NCBI GenBank assembly: GCA_964552755.1
Contig: CAZKHX010000003.1
Coordinates: 11,899-75,898 of the forward strand
Direction of reading: 5' to 3'
DNA length: 64,000 nt
Origin: Candidatus Micrarchaeota archaeon
Lineage (GTDB): Archaea > Micrarchaeota > Micrarchaeia > Anstonellales > Bilamarchaeaceae
The notes below the pieces were generated by a model. That model was not told where the DNA came from, did not search any database, and saw only the letters and a program-made list of their open reading frames with translations. The translations under genes were made by a program, and so were the position numbers. Below, piece after piece: positions 44,663-54,184 of the stretch. Position 1 is the stretch's first letter. Every line of letters begins with the position of its first letter.

Positions 44663-44811
44663 CCCGCCACCTTGATTATGAAGATTAGTATTATGGTCCC
44701 CAGCAGGAAGGTTTTCGGGTCCATCTTCCTTCCGCTTAGCTCCATGTTTGAGCCGAGGCCGATGATGCCAGCCGAGGCCATAGGCATGTTCAGCGAAGTT
44801 CTTTTCAGCAT
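44647..44811 (-). CDS. 54-aa tail-anchored protein resembling archaeal Sec61-beta (SecG)
   Basis: My own translation is MLKRTSLNMPMASAGIIGLGSNMELSGRKMDPKTFLLGTIILIFIIKVAGYFVQ. The SAG(I/L)I...K.DPK plus C-terminal TM pattern matches Sec61-beta. The ATG lies 27 nt from a T/A box. It is below the ORF-track cutoff. Confidence 0.5.
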   Translation of the reverse strand: MLKRTSLNMPMASAGIIGLGSNMELSGRKMDPKTFLLGTIILIFIIKVAGYFVQ

Positions 44812-44833
44812 AGGTAGATAAGTGATGGTAAGG

Positions 44834-44842
44834 TTTTTTAAT
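44834..44842. promoter_or_regulatory. shared bidirectional TATA-like box (TTTTTTAAT)
   Basis: Its centre is 27 nt from ATG 44865 (+, PAC2) and 27 nt from ATG 44811 (-, Sec61-beta-like). Confidence 0.4.
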
Positions 44843-44864
44843 CTAGGGCTCGCCTAAGGGGTGC

Positions 44865-45578
44865 ATGGATATAGAGTACAAAAAGCTCCTCCCACTGAAT
44901 GTAAAAGACGCGACCGTGGTGATCGGCTTTCCCACCTCCGGGCTGGTCGGCAGCATAGCCGCATCCTACCTCACCAGCAAGCTGGGCATGAAGATGGTGG
45001 GCTTCTATTCCTCTGACAAGCTTCCCCCGATTACTGCAATCCACGACTACAAGCCGATGCCGCCGATACGGGTTTATGCGGCGCCCAAAAGGAACCTCGT
45101 GGTCGTGCTTTCGGAGATAATAGTCCCGGTTTCCATTTCAAACGAGATGGCAGAGCACATTGCGAAGCTGGCCGAGGACGTGAAGGCGCCCATGGTCATT
45201 GCGCTGGGCGGCATGAGCATGCACGAGGAGCCCAATGCGGTTTATGCTGTTTCCACCGATGAGCGGCTCCTTAATGAGCTTACCAAGCGGAAGCTCGTGA
45301 AGAAGGTGAAGGAGGGCGCGACCACGGGCGTTGTGGGCATGCTGCTCTTCCCGAAAGTGCTGAAGATGCCCGCGCTTGCGCTCCTGGGCGAATCCGACAC
45401 GGAGAGGGCGGACCCTGATGCCGCGGTGCGGGTGCTGAGGATACTTTCCAAGCTGCTGGACATAAAGGTGGACACGCGCGAGCTGGAGAAGGAGGCGAGA
45501 ATCCTTTCCGCAGGGGCGAAGGAGTCCGTAATCAAGTCCAAGATACTGAAGAAGAAGCTCGGCTCGATGTATGGATGA
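44865..45578 (+). CDS. PAC2-family proteasome assembly chaperone
   Basis: ATVVIGFPTSGLVGSIAASYL is the N-terminal motif typical of archaeal PAC2/DUF75 proteins. Confidence 0.7.
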   Translation: MDIEYKKLLPLNVKDATVVIGFPTSGLVGSIAASYLTSKLGMKMVGFYSSDKLPPITAIHDYKPMPPIRVYAAPKRNLVVVLSEIIVPVSISNEMAEHIAKLAEDVKAPMVIALGGMSMHEEPNAVYAVSTDERLLNELTKRKLVKKVKEGATTGVVGMLLFPKVLKMPALALLGESDTERADPDAAVRVLRILSKLLDIKVDTRELEKEARILSAGAKESVIKSKILKKKLGSMYG

Positions 45579-45641
45579 GGCACCTTCATAGTTTTGGGCA
45601 CATGAAGGTGAGATAGGCACTGATTCGCCGCAGTGGCGCCG

Positions 45642-46142
45642 CTATTTGCCAGCAAACCTGCCATCATCTCTTGTAGTGTGGAGCTTTCCGACATTATCAT
45701 TTAGCCAGCCAATCCTGTCGGCTTTTTGAATGTCAAATTCGGGAACATAGGGCTTGATGTCCAAAAGGGGAGTGCCTTCTATGGCATCCATGCCTTTGAC
45801 ATGCAGCTTGTTCTTTTCGACCTTGAGCAGGCGCACTATCGAGATGCCGATTGGGTTCGGCCTCCCGGGTGCCCTGGTAGCAAAGACCCCATGGGCTCTT
45901 TCGTCCATGTACGGCTTTACCTTCAGAGAAAACTTATTGGACAAATGAAAATGGTAAACCAGGATTATGCGGGAAAAGCCCTCAAGGCCCTCGATTCCCT
46001 TGGCAAATTCGGGAAACACCTCCACCATTCCTTCGGCATCCTCCGCTGCCGCAGACTGTATCGGAGTCCCTTTGGGCTCCTTGAACGGAGAGTGGATGAT
46101 TCCGATTTGCTTATACCTTATTTCTCCCATTGCCTGACCCAT
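45642..46142 (-). CDS. trmO: tRNA methyltransferase TsaA/TrmO family
   Basis: IGIIHSPFKEPKGTPIQ..., RPNPIGISIVRL and EGTPLLDIKPYVPEFD are present. It was trimmed so that it does not run into tRNA-Leu. Confidence 0.8.
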   Translation of the reverse strand: MGQAMGEIRYKQIGIIHSPFKEPKGTPIQSAAAEDAEGMVEVFPEFAKGIEGLEGFSRIILVYHFHLSNKFSLKVKPYMDERAHGVFATRAPGRPNPIGISIVRLLKVEKNKLHVKGMDAIEGTPLLDIKPYVPEFDIQKADRIGWLNDNVGKLHTTRDDGRFAGK

Positions 46143-46175
46143 GACCAAAGCCCTGTCTTCTTTGTTGCACATGCA

Positions 46176-46282
46176 TGCAGGGGGCAGGATTTGAACCTGC
46201 GTAGGCCCTGAGGCCACAGGATTTCCAAGGCATTCTCAGCCGCTTAAGTCCTGCGCATTTGGCCGTGCTCTGCAACCCCTGC
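46176..46282 (-). tRNA. tRNA-Leu (anticodon UAA) with ~20-nt intron after position 37 and long variable arm
   Basis: Hand-folded from the reverse complement: acceptor GCAGGGG/CCCCTGC, anticodon stem CAGGA/TCCTG, and loop CTTAAG[intron]A. The variable arm is TGGCCTCAGGGCCTAC, the T arm GCAGG-TTCAAAT-CCTGC and the discriminator A. A TATA-like TTTTATTTT (46312-46320) lies upstream. Confidence 0.8.
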
Positions 46283-46559
46283 GAGCGTAGCATATGGAAT
46301 AGGACAGAAAGAAAATAAAATGGGCAGGGCTGCGCCTGGCGCGCATAAGCCAGGAGGAATAGAACCTCTGCAGGGTTTTAAAGGCCGAAGCCAACAGTCT
46401 ATGGCTCTGAACCTGGCTGGTAACCCGGCTTGCACGTACTGCCAATTCCTTGCAAGCAAGTGACCAAGTACAGCGGCTTCCACAACCCTGCAGAAGGATG
46501 GGACTATTCGTAATACTAATTTATAAGCATTCCGATTCCTCCGGCACTGCACTCCATGC

Positions 46560-48533
46560 TCATGCAATCAAGTGGATTCCGTACATGAGCACCGCGCCCG
46601 CGAACACGAGGGAGACGGTGTTCACCACCTTGATGAGGGCGTTGAGCGCCGGGCCGGCGGTGTCCTTCAGCGGGTCGCCCACCGTGTCTCCGACCACCGC
46701 GGCCTTGTGGGCGTCGGAGCCCTTGCCGCCGTATTCGCCGTCCTCGATGAGCTTCTTGCCGTTGTCCCATGCCGCGCCTGCGGTGCACATGAACAGCGCA
46801 AGCAGGAAGCCGCTCGCGATTGCGCCCGCGAGCAGGCCCGCGAGGGCCGCGGCCCCGAACAGCAGGCCGACCACGAGGGGAGTGAGCACTGCGATTAAGC
46901 CGGGCACGACGAGCTCGCCGAGCGCGGTCTTGGTGCTGATGTCAACGCACCTCGCATAGTCCGGCTTCGCCTTCCCGGACATCAGGCCCTTTATGTCCCT
47001 GAACTGCCTCCTCACTTCCTCCACTATTTCGAAGGCGGCCCTCCCGACCGCCGTCATGAGCATGGAGGAGAATATGAAGGGCATGAGCGCTCCGATGAAC
47101 AGCCCGACTACCACCGCGGGGTCGAGCAGGCTGATTTCGGTGAGCCCGCTCTCCTCCGCAAATGCAACGAAGAGGGCAAGGGCGCCGAGCGCCGCGCCGC
47201 CGATTGCGAACCCTTTCGTGGTCGCCTTCGTGGTGTTGCCAACGGAATCAAGCGCGTCGGTAATCTTGCGCACCGAAGCGGGCAGGCCGCTCATTTCCGC
47301 GATGCCCCCTGCGTTGTCCGTAATCGGGCCGTAGGAGTCCACGGTGATGATGATTGCGCTGAGTGAGAGCATCGCCGCAGCCGCGAGCGCAACTCCGTAG
47401 AGGCCTCCGAGCACGTAGGAGATGGCTATTGCCGCGATTATCACGAGCGCGGGGAGGGTGGTTGACTCCATGCCCACCGCAAGCCCCTGGATGAGGTTCG
47501 TGCCCGCGCCGGTCTGGGCCGCTGCCGCAACCTCCTTGACCGGCCTGTGCTCCTTTGCCGTATAGTACTCGGTAATCACGAACAGCAGGGCGGTCACCAC
47601 CACGCCCACTATGCCCACGTAGAAAAGGTTCATGCTTATTGGCGCGGCGAAGAAGTAATACCCGATGATTGCAAATATTATTGTCGCCGCGAGGCCCTTG
47701 TAGAATGCTCCCATTATGCTGCCGCCCTTCCCGAGGCGGATGAAGAGCGAGCCCAGTATGCTCGCGATTGCGCCCACTGCGCCGACCGCAAGCGGGAGCA
47801 GGATGAACTCGGGCGAAACGAGCGCGCCGAGGAGCATTGCCGCAATGAGCGTGACCACGAAGGACTCGAAAACGTCCGCGGCCATGCCCGCGCAGTCGCC
47901 CACGTTGTCTCCAACGTTGTCGGCAATCACCGCGGGGTTGCGGGGGTCGTCCTCTGGGATGCCCTTCTCAATCTTGCCCACTAGGTCCGCACCCACGTCC
48001 GCGGCCTTCGTGTAGATGCCGCCTCCGACACGGGCGAACAGGGAAATGAGGGATGCGCCGAACCCATAGCCCACCAGGGGAACGAGGTCGCCGCCGAATA
48101 TGTGGTAGAGGCCGGAGAGCCCGATGAGGCCTAGGCCGACGAGGGCCATGCCGGTCACTGCGCCACCCTTCGTGGCGAGGGAGAGGGCGCCCTTGAGGCT
48201 CTTCTTCGCGGCCTGAGAGACGCGCACGTTCGCGCGCACCGCGACCTGCATGCCGATGTAGCCGGCAAGCGCGGAGCAGAAGACGCCCGCGAGGAATGCT
48301 ATTGCAGTGCCCTGCGAGACGAATGAGAATATGAGCAGGGCAAGGACTATCACGATGGGGAGCAGCGTCTTGTACTGCCTCATGAGGAACGCGTCAGCGC
48401 CCTCGCGGATTGCCGAGGCGATTTCCACCATCTTTTTGTCCCCCGTGGGCGCGCGGTTCACCGAGAATGCAAGCAGGAGCGCATACAGGAGCGTGACTAT
48501 GCCTGAACCAAAAGCTATTGTTGTGATATCCAT
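46560..48533 (-). CDS. hppA: membrane-bound proton/sodium-translocating pyrophosphatase
   Basis: [38 protein letters not shown] and [17 protein letters not shown] motifs are present, with about 15 TM helices. Confidence 0.9.
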   Translation of the reverse strand: MDITTIAFGSGIVTLLYALLLAFSVNRAPTGDKKMVEIASAIREGADAFLMRQYKTLLPIVIVLALLIFSFVSQGTAIAFLAGVFCSALAGYIGMQVAVRANVRVSQAAKKSLKGALSLATKGGAVTGMALVGLGLIGLSGLYHIFGGDLVPLVGYGFGASLISLFARVGGGIYTKAADVGADLVGKIEKGIPEDDPRNPAVIADNVGDNVGDCAGMAADVFESFVVTLIAAMLLGALVSPEFILLPLAVGAVGAIASILGSLFIRLGKGGSIMGAFYKGLAATIIFAIIGYYFFAAPISMNLFYVGIVGVVVTALLFVITEYYTAKEHRPVKEVAAAAQTGAGTNLIQGLAVGMESTTLPALVIIAAIAISYVLGGLYGVALAAAAMLSLSAIIITVDSYGPITDNAGGIAEMSGLPASVRKITDALDSVGNTTKATTKGFAIGGAALGALALFVAFAEESGLTEISLLDPAVVVGLFIGALMPFIFSSMLMTAVGRAAFEIVEEVRRQFRDIKGLMSGKAKPDYARCVDISTKTALGELVVPGLIAVLTPLVVGLLFGAAALAGLLAGAIASGFLLALFMCTAGAAWDNGKKLIEDGEYGGKGSDAHKAAVVGDTVGDPLKDTAGPALNALIKVVNTVSLVFAGAVLMYGIHLIA

Positions 48534-48613
48534 CCAAATCCCTCTAGAAAACCTGCATAATGGGGCTCTGAAAGTTTTTAAATATATCGACGGCTGGTGC
48601 CTCCCGCGTTTGC

Positions 48614-48955
48614 CTACCCGTACATGGTTTCCGGAGGCACTGCGCCGATTATGCTCTCCTCAGCTTCCGGAGCCTTTACCTCGCCGAATTTCTTCTCGAA
48701 GATTTCCACGTTCTTCGCCATCCAGTCCGAGAGCTGCTTCAGCGTCGTGGGCGTGACCACGATTTTCACCATGTGCTTCACCTCCACCTTCTGCTCTTCC
48801 GGCTTGCTGGAGAGCGTCTCCGGCGCCACGGCTGGGACGTAGAAGGTGATGTGGAATGCGCCCTGCGAGTCAAAGCCCCCGAGCGCGCCCGTAGCGTAAA
48901 TCTCCCTGAAATCCTTGTCCCTCACGTGGGTAATAACCGGCTGCTGCTTTGCCAT
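48614..48955 (-). CDS. conserved hypothetical protein (DUF3467-like)
   Basis: It was trimmed to [39 protein letters not shown]. This pattern resembles DUF3467, recalled from memory and weakly supported. Confidence 0.4.
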   Translation of the reverse strand: MAKQQPVITHVRDKDFREIYATGALGGFDSQGAFHITFYVPAVAPETLSSKPEEQKVEVKHMVKIVVTPTTLKQLSDWMAKNVEIFEKKFGEVKAPEAEESIIGAVPPETMYG

Positions 48956-49094
48956 CAGAAACACCGGCGGGATAACGCGGGCTAGCTTTATAATAGTATA
49001 TAGGAACGGAGTGAGAAACAGGGGATAAAAGAAGAAAAGAAAACAAAAGAAAAGGCCGGGCTCTCCGGCCTTTCGCGACACACCTTCAGTCCGC

Positions 49095-51824
49095 CTAAGA
49101 CCTCTTCAGGCTGCTGACGAACTGGTTCGCTGCGGTGAGGGTGTCGTCCGCGTACATGCCGGCAACCACTATCTTGTTGCCGATTGCCTTCACGACAACC
49201 GGGGTTGCCTCGAAGTCCACGTCCGAACCCGCAATCGCCTCAGCGGTTACGGTGTTGACCTGGTCACCACCAACGGTAATGACCACGCCGGTGTCAAGGC
49301 CGGTCGCGTCCCTGTCCAGCATCACAAGGTTGCTGGTGAGCTTGTACGGCACAGAGGTCTCAACTGTCGGAGTGTTGTCCGGCATGATGACCGCAGATAC
49401 CGAGCTCATGTCACAGGTCCCAGCGCCCGCCGCCGCACCAACGGTGCACGGTGTAAGCTGCTGGTCGATGGACTTGACGAGCACCTTCACGCCGGTGGTC
49501 CCGACGACCGCCTCCTCGCCCTCGTGGAGGGTGTAGGTGTTGGTGTCAGGCTCCGCCTCGGCGGTTTCCGCAGTTGCGAAGGTGTACGACGCCTTCAGCA
49601 GGCTCTTCGGCACGCGGAACTCCCTGCTCCTGTCGGACCCAGACTTGAACTGGGTGCCCCTCAGTGAGAGGAAGTACGCCTCGTAGGAGGTCATGTCCTC
49701 GTAGCCGAGGTTGCCGTCGCCAAAGGTCGCGCCAATCGGGTTCACCGGGTCAGGCGCGTCGGACTCCCCTACAATTGCAAGGCAGACCTCGTCCTTCTCC
49801 GCCGCAGTGCACGCGTCCCTGAGCTCATTGTCAGCTCCGGTGTCAACTGCAGTGCCGAGCGCGTCCACGACAGTGTTCGTGGTTCCGCCAGCTTCCTTCC
49901 ACTTGCCTGCGTCTTCAACGAGCCAAGTCTCAGGAAGGCCTGTCCAGCTCACCGGAGTGTCGTAGACAAGGAAGTACCCGTTGCTGCCTGCCCACCTGTA
50001 GTCGAACTCGAGGATGCCGCCAGCCCCTTCATAGAGCCAGTAGTCGCCATCCTTGTCCTCCAGGATTGCAGAGCCAGTCGGCGGGTCACCAGTGCCACAG
50101 GTGTCGTCAACCGCACCGTCGAACAGCCAGTAAAGGGTTCCGCCTCTCCTGGTCCCTGCTGCGGCCGGGAAGGTCGGGGTGCCCCTGAACTCGCCGTCGC
50201 TGACTGTTACCTCGTACGCCTCGTTGGGCGAGATGTTGATGTAACACTTGTCGTCAGCGTCCGAGGTGCTGTTCCTCACGCCAATCCTCTTGCTGGTGAT
50301 GTGCTTGTACTTGAGGGTGTCGTAGTCGACGCCTTCATCGTCCACACCATTGTACAGGAGGTCGAACTTCTCGTAGTCCGGGAGGTCCACAACCGGGAAC
50401 TGGTCCCCTGCGACCATTTCATCGTAGTCGCTGGAATCAGTGTACAGGTAGAGCGCCCTCCAGTACATCGGGTCGCTCTTCGCCATGTTGGTTCCCTCGT
50501 TGGACCAGCCGATCAGGACGTCCCATTCGGAGTCAGAGTCCTCGATGAATTCCTTTCCGTCCTTGAGCTCAATCTCATCGGAGTAGATGGCCAGCTCGGC
50601 CCACTTCGCGATGAAGTTCAAACCCGGTGCGGTCTGGTACACGTGGAGCTTCACTCCGGTAGGCGTGTCACAGAGGTCATCCTTTGTCTGGCCCGGCCAT
50701 ACCTGGTCCTGGCAAACCTCGTTGTCGTTTGCGTCAAGGACGGTAATAATGGCGGGGTGCGCGTTGCCTGCGCCGACCTCACGTGAAATGTCGTCCAGCC
50801 TCACCTTGTACCCGGTTCCGGTGTCAAGCATCTCGCCGACGTTGATGATTCCGCTGACTGCCTCCTTCGCAAGCTTTATGATGGAGCCGTCAGTGTGGAA
50901 CACCTCGGTGTCCGCGGACGTTCCGGCTGCGCCGGTTGCGGGCTCGACCTCAGACACAACCCAGTCCTCGTTCAGGAAGCGGACGAAGACCTTGTGCGCC
51001 GGGATGGTGTCAGTGTCGTCACACGCCATGGTGTTGACGCCGCTGAGGCCAAGGCCAGAGTCTCCGGGGCAAATCGGGATTCCGTAGTCGCCATTCGGGT
51101 CGAAAATGATCACGTAGGCTCCGGACTGTATGTTGAGCTCGAGCTCATTGTCCGACGGGTCCCAGTTGTTCCAGGCGTTGGTGACGAAGAACTGCTGCTC
51201 CGTCCACTTGTCGCCGGACTTGGTGTCCTGCACTTCGACGTCAGCGAAGGGCGCAAAGTTGCCGCCGTTCGCCTGGTGGACTGCCTTCCAGGTGATGTCG
51301 TCGAAATCAGTGTCGACATACCCACCGATGTGGTCCTGGAAGATGTTCGCCTCATCGTCATCGTAGTCGTCGCGAATGGTGTATGCCTCGTCTGCATCGG
51401 TCTCGGACTCGTACCTGTTCTCCAGTTCCCTGTCGATGTAGTCACCGATTGCGGACTTGAAGTCGTACCTTCCGAGTGCGCCAGAGCCCGGCACGGTAAT
51501 CTCAAGGGTCACTGTTTCAGAGCCCTCGACTACCTCACAGGTGCCTGCGCCTCCTTCTCCGTTGCAGGTTCCTTCGCCAACAACTTCAGCAGTCAAAGTG
51601 GCGCTCTTGTATGCCTCGTTTGCAAGTTTTGAGGCAATCCAAGCGCCTGCCACGCCGTCACTAGACCAACCATTTTCGCCAACGACAACCTTCGCCAGGG
51701 GCTGGCCATCGTTGTTCACCAGCTCGACGTTGTTGTACATCAAGCCGGCGAAGGCGACAGAGCTGGCCAAAATAGCAGACCCAGCTACGATCGCCCCGAT
51801 CTTCTTCAGGTTTATTCCTTTCAC
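49095..51824 (-). CDS. S-layer protein (Methanococcales-type N- and C-terminal S-layer domains)
   Basis: The signal peptide is KKIGAIVAGSAILASSVAFAG. The N-terminal motif is KVVVGENGWSSDGVAGAWIASKLA and the C-terminal motifs are VVITVGGDQVNTVTAEAI...KIVVAGMYADDTLTAANQF. The protein is very acidic. The GTG start is preceded by AGGTG at a 5-nt spacing. Confidence 0.65.
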   Translation of the reverse strand: MKGINLKKIGAIVAGSAILASSVAFAGLMYNNVELVNNDGQPLAKVVVGENGWSSDGVAGAWIASKLANEAYKSATLTAEVVGEGTCNGEGGAGTCEVVEGSETVTLEITVPGSGALGRYDFKSAIGDYIDRELENRYESETDADEAYTIRDDYDDDEANIFQDHIGGYVDTDFDDITWKAVHQANGGNFAPFADVEVQDTKSGDKWTEQQFFVTNAWNNWDPSDNELELNIQSGAYVIIFDPNGDYGIPICPGDSGLGLSGVNTMACDDTDTIPAHKVFVRFLNEDWVVSEVEPATGAAGTSADTEVFHTDGSIIKLAKEAVSGIINVGEMLDTGTGYKVRLDDISREVGAGNAHPAIITVLDANDNEVCQDQVWPGQTKDDLCDTPTGVKLHVYQTAPGLNFIAKWAELAIYSDEIELKDGKEFIEDSDSEWDVLIGWSNEGTNMAKSDPMYWRALYLYTDSSDYDEMVAGDQFPVVDLPDYEKFDLLYNGVDDEGVDYDTLKYKHITSKRIGVRNSTSDADDKCYINISPNEAYEVTVSDGEFRGTPTFPAAAGTRRGGTLYWLFDGAVDDTCGTGDPPTGSAILEDKDGDYWLYEGAGGILEFDYRWAGSNGYFLVYDTPVSWTGLPETWLVEDAGKWKEAGGTTNTVVDALGTAVDTGADNELRDACTAAEKDEVCLAIVGESDAPDPVNPIGATFGDGNLGYEDMTSYEAYFLSLRGTQFKSGSDRSREFRVPKSLLKASYTFATAETAEAEPDTNTYTLHEGEEAVVGTTGVKVLVKSIDQQLTPCTVGAAAGAGTCDMSSVSAVIMPDNTPTVETSVPYKLTSNLVMLDRDATGLDTGVVITVGGDQVNTVTAEAIAGSDVDFEATPVVVKAIGNKIVVAGMYADDTLTAANQFVSSLKRS

Positions 51825-51852
51825 GTTTTCACCTTTTTAAGCCGCCTTAGGG

Positions 51853-51885
51853 GCCGCTTAACAACGATTAACGGCGGCTTTTTTT
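51853..51885 (+). terminator. GC hairpin followed by a T7 run (terminator-like on the + strand; lies in the S-layer 5' leader on the - strand)
   Basis: The sequence is GCCGCTTAA-CAACGA-TTAACGGCGGC followed by TTTTTTT. No + strand gene ends nearby, so its function is unclear. Confidence 0.3.
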
Positions 51886-52097
51886 CTGGCCCCAAACCAC
51901 CCGGGGCATTTCGCCTCGGGTGCTCCCATATGGAGATTTCTCCGTATGAGTGTGAGTGTAGTTAAGCGTAAGCTTTTTAAAGATTCTTCAGAAGTATAAA
52001 CAGTAGTTTATACTTCTCCACGTTTCTTCCGTCTAATGGCGAAATATGACTACGGGAATTGACGGAAATAGTTCTCCGACGGAGCATCGACGGAACC

Positions 52098-52499
52098 TCA
52101 CCACAAATCCCTAACTTTTCCCATAACCATCTTTTCTATGGCGAATTTCTTCCTTGCGCCCGTGGGGACTACCAGCGCCCTCCACTTCATTTTCCTCTCC
52201 CACGCAACGCGCAGCCGGCGGTGCCCGTCGAGAAGAATCATCCGCTTCCCCTTCTGCAGGATGATTACCGGGGTGTCGTACCCGAACTTTATCGCCTCGC
52301 GGATTGCCCTCATCCTCTCCGCGGCGGTCGCCTCGGATTCCTCCCCGGGAAAGGTGTACTCCACTCCGCCTATGGCCTTGTGGTCAAGCACCTTCTCGCC
52401 CGCCCCAAACCTTTCTTTCGGGTAGAGCTTCTTGTAGTACTTCACCAGCCTCTGGAAGAGGCGCCTTTCCTCGTGGGGAGGTATCAGCCCTATGACCAT
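52098..52499 (-). CDS. ParB/sulfiredoxin-fold (ParB-like nuclease domain) protein
   Basis: PVIILQKGKRMILLDGHRRLRVAWE contains the DGHHR-type motif. Confidence 0.55.
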   Translation of the reverse strand: MVIGLIPPHEERRLFQRLVKYYKKLYPKERFGAGEKVLDHKAIGGVEYTFPGEESEATAAERMRAIREAIKFGYDTPVIILQKGKRMILLDGHRRLRVAWERKMKWRALVVPTGARKKFAIEKMVMGKVRDLW

Positions 52500-52532
52500 T
52501 TTTCCACCTGATGGATATATACTATATATCTT

Positions 52533-53207
52533 TTAGAGGATATCCCCCGCGCATAGCGAGTAGTCCTGCCCCCACCGGACTATGAGCGCATGGAATTCGT
52601 TGAACAGTTCCCGGTCTTTTGGAAGGTTCTCTTCGAAGAATTTCCTGTGCTCCCCGTAGGTTTTTGCCCGGCAGAGTTTATGCTTCCTGCACAGCCGCAC
52701 CGTGTAGGCATCTATCATGAACACCGGCCGCTTGAATGCATAGAGCAGTATCGAATCTGCTGTCTCGTTGCCCACGCCCTTTACCCCAAGGAGCTTTTTG
52801 CGCAATTCTTCAGTCGGCATTTTGGGGCTGAGCCCCAGGTATGCCTTTGCAAGGAGCTTCAGGCGCTCCGCCTTCTGCCGGTAGTAGCGCGCGGGCCGGA
52901 CGAGCTTCTCGAGCCTCGCTTTCGGCGCCTTCAAAATCTTCCGGGGGGAGAGAGTGCCCGCGGCCTTGAGGTTCATGAGCGCCTGCGCCGCATTCTTCCA
53001 GCTCGCGTTCTGCGTGAGGAGCGCGCCTATTGTTATCTCGAAGCGCTGCGCATCCGTGCGCGGGATGGAATAGTCTCGGGGGAAATACTTCAGCTCCCCG
53101 CGCTGCAGCACCGGCCACCAGCCCTGCGGCCCGTATTCCTCCATGAGCTTCCTATGGATTGCCCTTAGTTTTCTCGCGGAGTTCCCTGCCCCACCAGACG
53201 TTGTCAA
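52533..53207 (-). CDS. endonuclease III-related HhH-GPD protein (COG2231 type)
   Basis: EEYGPQGWWP lies near the N-terminus, and the helix-hairpin-helix is LLGVKGVGNETADSILLYAF. The start is uncertain; Met at 53144 would reduce the overlap with the upstream gene. Confidence 0.65.
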   Translation of the reverse strand: MTTSGGAGNSARKLRAIHRKLMEEYGPQGWWPVLQRGELKYFPRDYSIPRTDAQRFEITIGALLTQNASWKNAAQALMNLKAAGTLSPRKILKAPKARLEKLVRPARYYRQKAERLKLLAKAYLGLSPKMPTEELRKKLLGVKGVGNETADSILLYAFKRPVFMIDAYTVRLCRKHKLCRAKTYGEHRKFFEENLPKDRELFNEFHALIVRWGQDYSLCAGDIL

Positions 53208-53685
53208 GCGTTTTCACCTTCCCGTTCAGGAAATCGGATATGCGGCGTGCAGTGCGCACTGCGGTTGCCTTCGTGGTGTCCAACTGCAGCACCGGCACCG
53301 CATAGTTTGCCTCCGAGAGCTGGAGGCAGTAGTCCAGCAGCTCGGACATGAGGTTTTCCTCCGTCTTGCCCGCGGAGTAGTTCCTGCTTTTGAGCCGCTT
53401 TTCCAGCTCGGCGGGCGCGGTGCGGAGCACAAACACGCAGTCCACCGGCAGGCGGAACTCGCACCCGAGGTGGCCCTCCACGATGAAATCGTCAAGGCCG
53501 CGGAGCCTCTTCAGCAGGGCGGCCTTCAGCTTCTTCACGTCCACCTCATGGCCCCGCCCTTCCACCAGCCCGTCGGCACGGGCGGCGGAGGCAATGCTGA
53601 CAAGGCGCCAGCCCATCCTGCGGGCAAGCTCCTTTGCGACGGTGGTCTTGCCCGTGCCCGGAGTCCCGGTGATTAATACCCGCAT
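53152..53685 (-). CDS. Fap7/AK6-type adenylate kinase-like NTPase
   Basis: MRVLITGTPGTGKTTVAKELA contains the P-loop, and the ~177-aa size is typical of archaeal Fap7. Confidence 0.7.
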   Translation of the reverse strand: MRVLITGTPGTGKTTVAKELARRMGWRLVSIASAARADGLVEGRGHEVDVKKLKAALLKRLRGLDDFIVEGHLGCEFRLPVDCVFVLRTAPAELEKRLKSRNYSAGKTEENLMSELLDYCLQLSEANYAVPVLQLDTTKATAVRTARRISDFLNGKVKTLDNVWWGRELREKTKGNP

Positions 53686-53754
53686 AATTCCCCTTTTTAC
53701 GATTCCGAGAATGTTTATAATTGTTGGGGTGCATGCTGGAAGCGAGGTGATGCC

Positions 53755-54099
53755 TTGAAACTTAAGGAAATAGGGCCCTGGGCCTACATCGTCGGTGTGG
53801 TTATTGCCCTGCTCGCCGGTTTCATAATGCCGGGAGACGGGATGATTGCGCTGGCGCTTGGAGTGCTCGGCCTGATAGTCGGCCTGCTTAACGTGGGTGA
53901 CAAGGAGATAACAATGTTCCTCGTGGCTTCGATAGCGTTTATCGTCGGTGCCTCGAGCCTGGCTGGAGTTCTCGGCGGCCTTCTCCCTGAGATGGTTGGC
54001 ACGGGCCTCATAGCCGCGCTGAACTACCTTGTGGCCTTCACGGCGCCGGCTGCGGCACTCGTGGCGATACTTGCCCTTTACAGGATTTCAAAGGACTAG
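53755..54099 (+). CDS. small 4-TM membrane protein, unknown function
   Basis: The TTG start is preceded by GAGGTGA. Four hydrophobic helices are present and there is no family motif. Confidence 0.4.
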   Translation: MKLKEIGPWAYIVGVVIALLAGFIMPGDGMIALALGVLGLIVGLLNVGDKEITMFLVASIAFIVGASSLAGVLGGLLPEMVGTGLIAALNYLVAFTAPAAALVAILALYRISKD

Positions 54100-54184
54100 T
54101 GCTGCCACGCATGGGTTTGCGGGGGAGCCCGCAAACCCCCTGAATTTTTTTTATTTGCCCTGCCCGGCACCTGGGCCGCACGGC

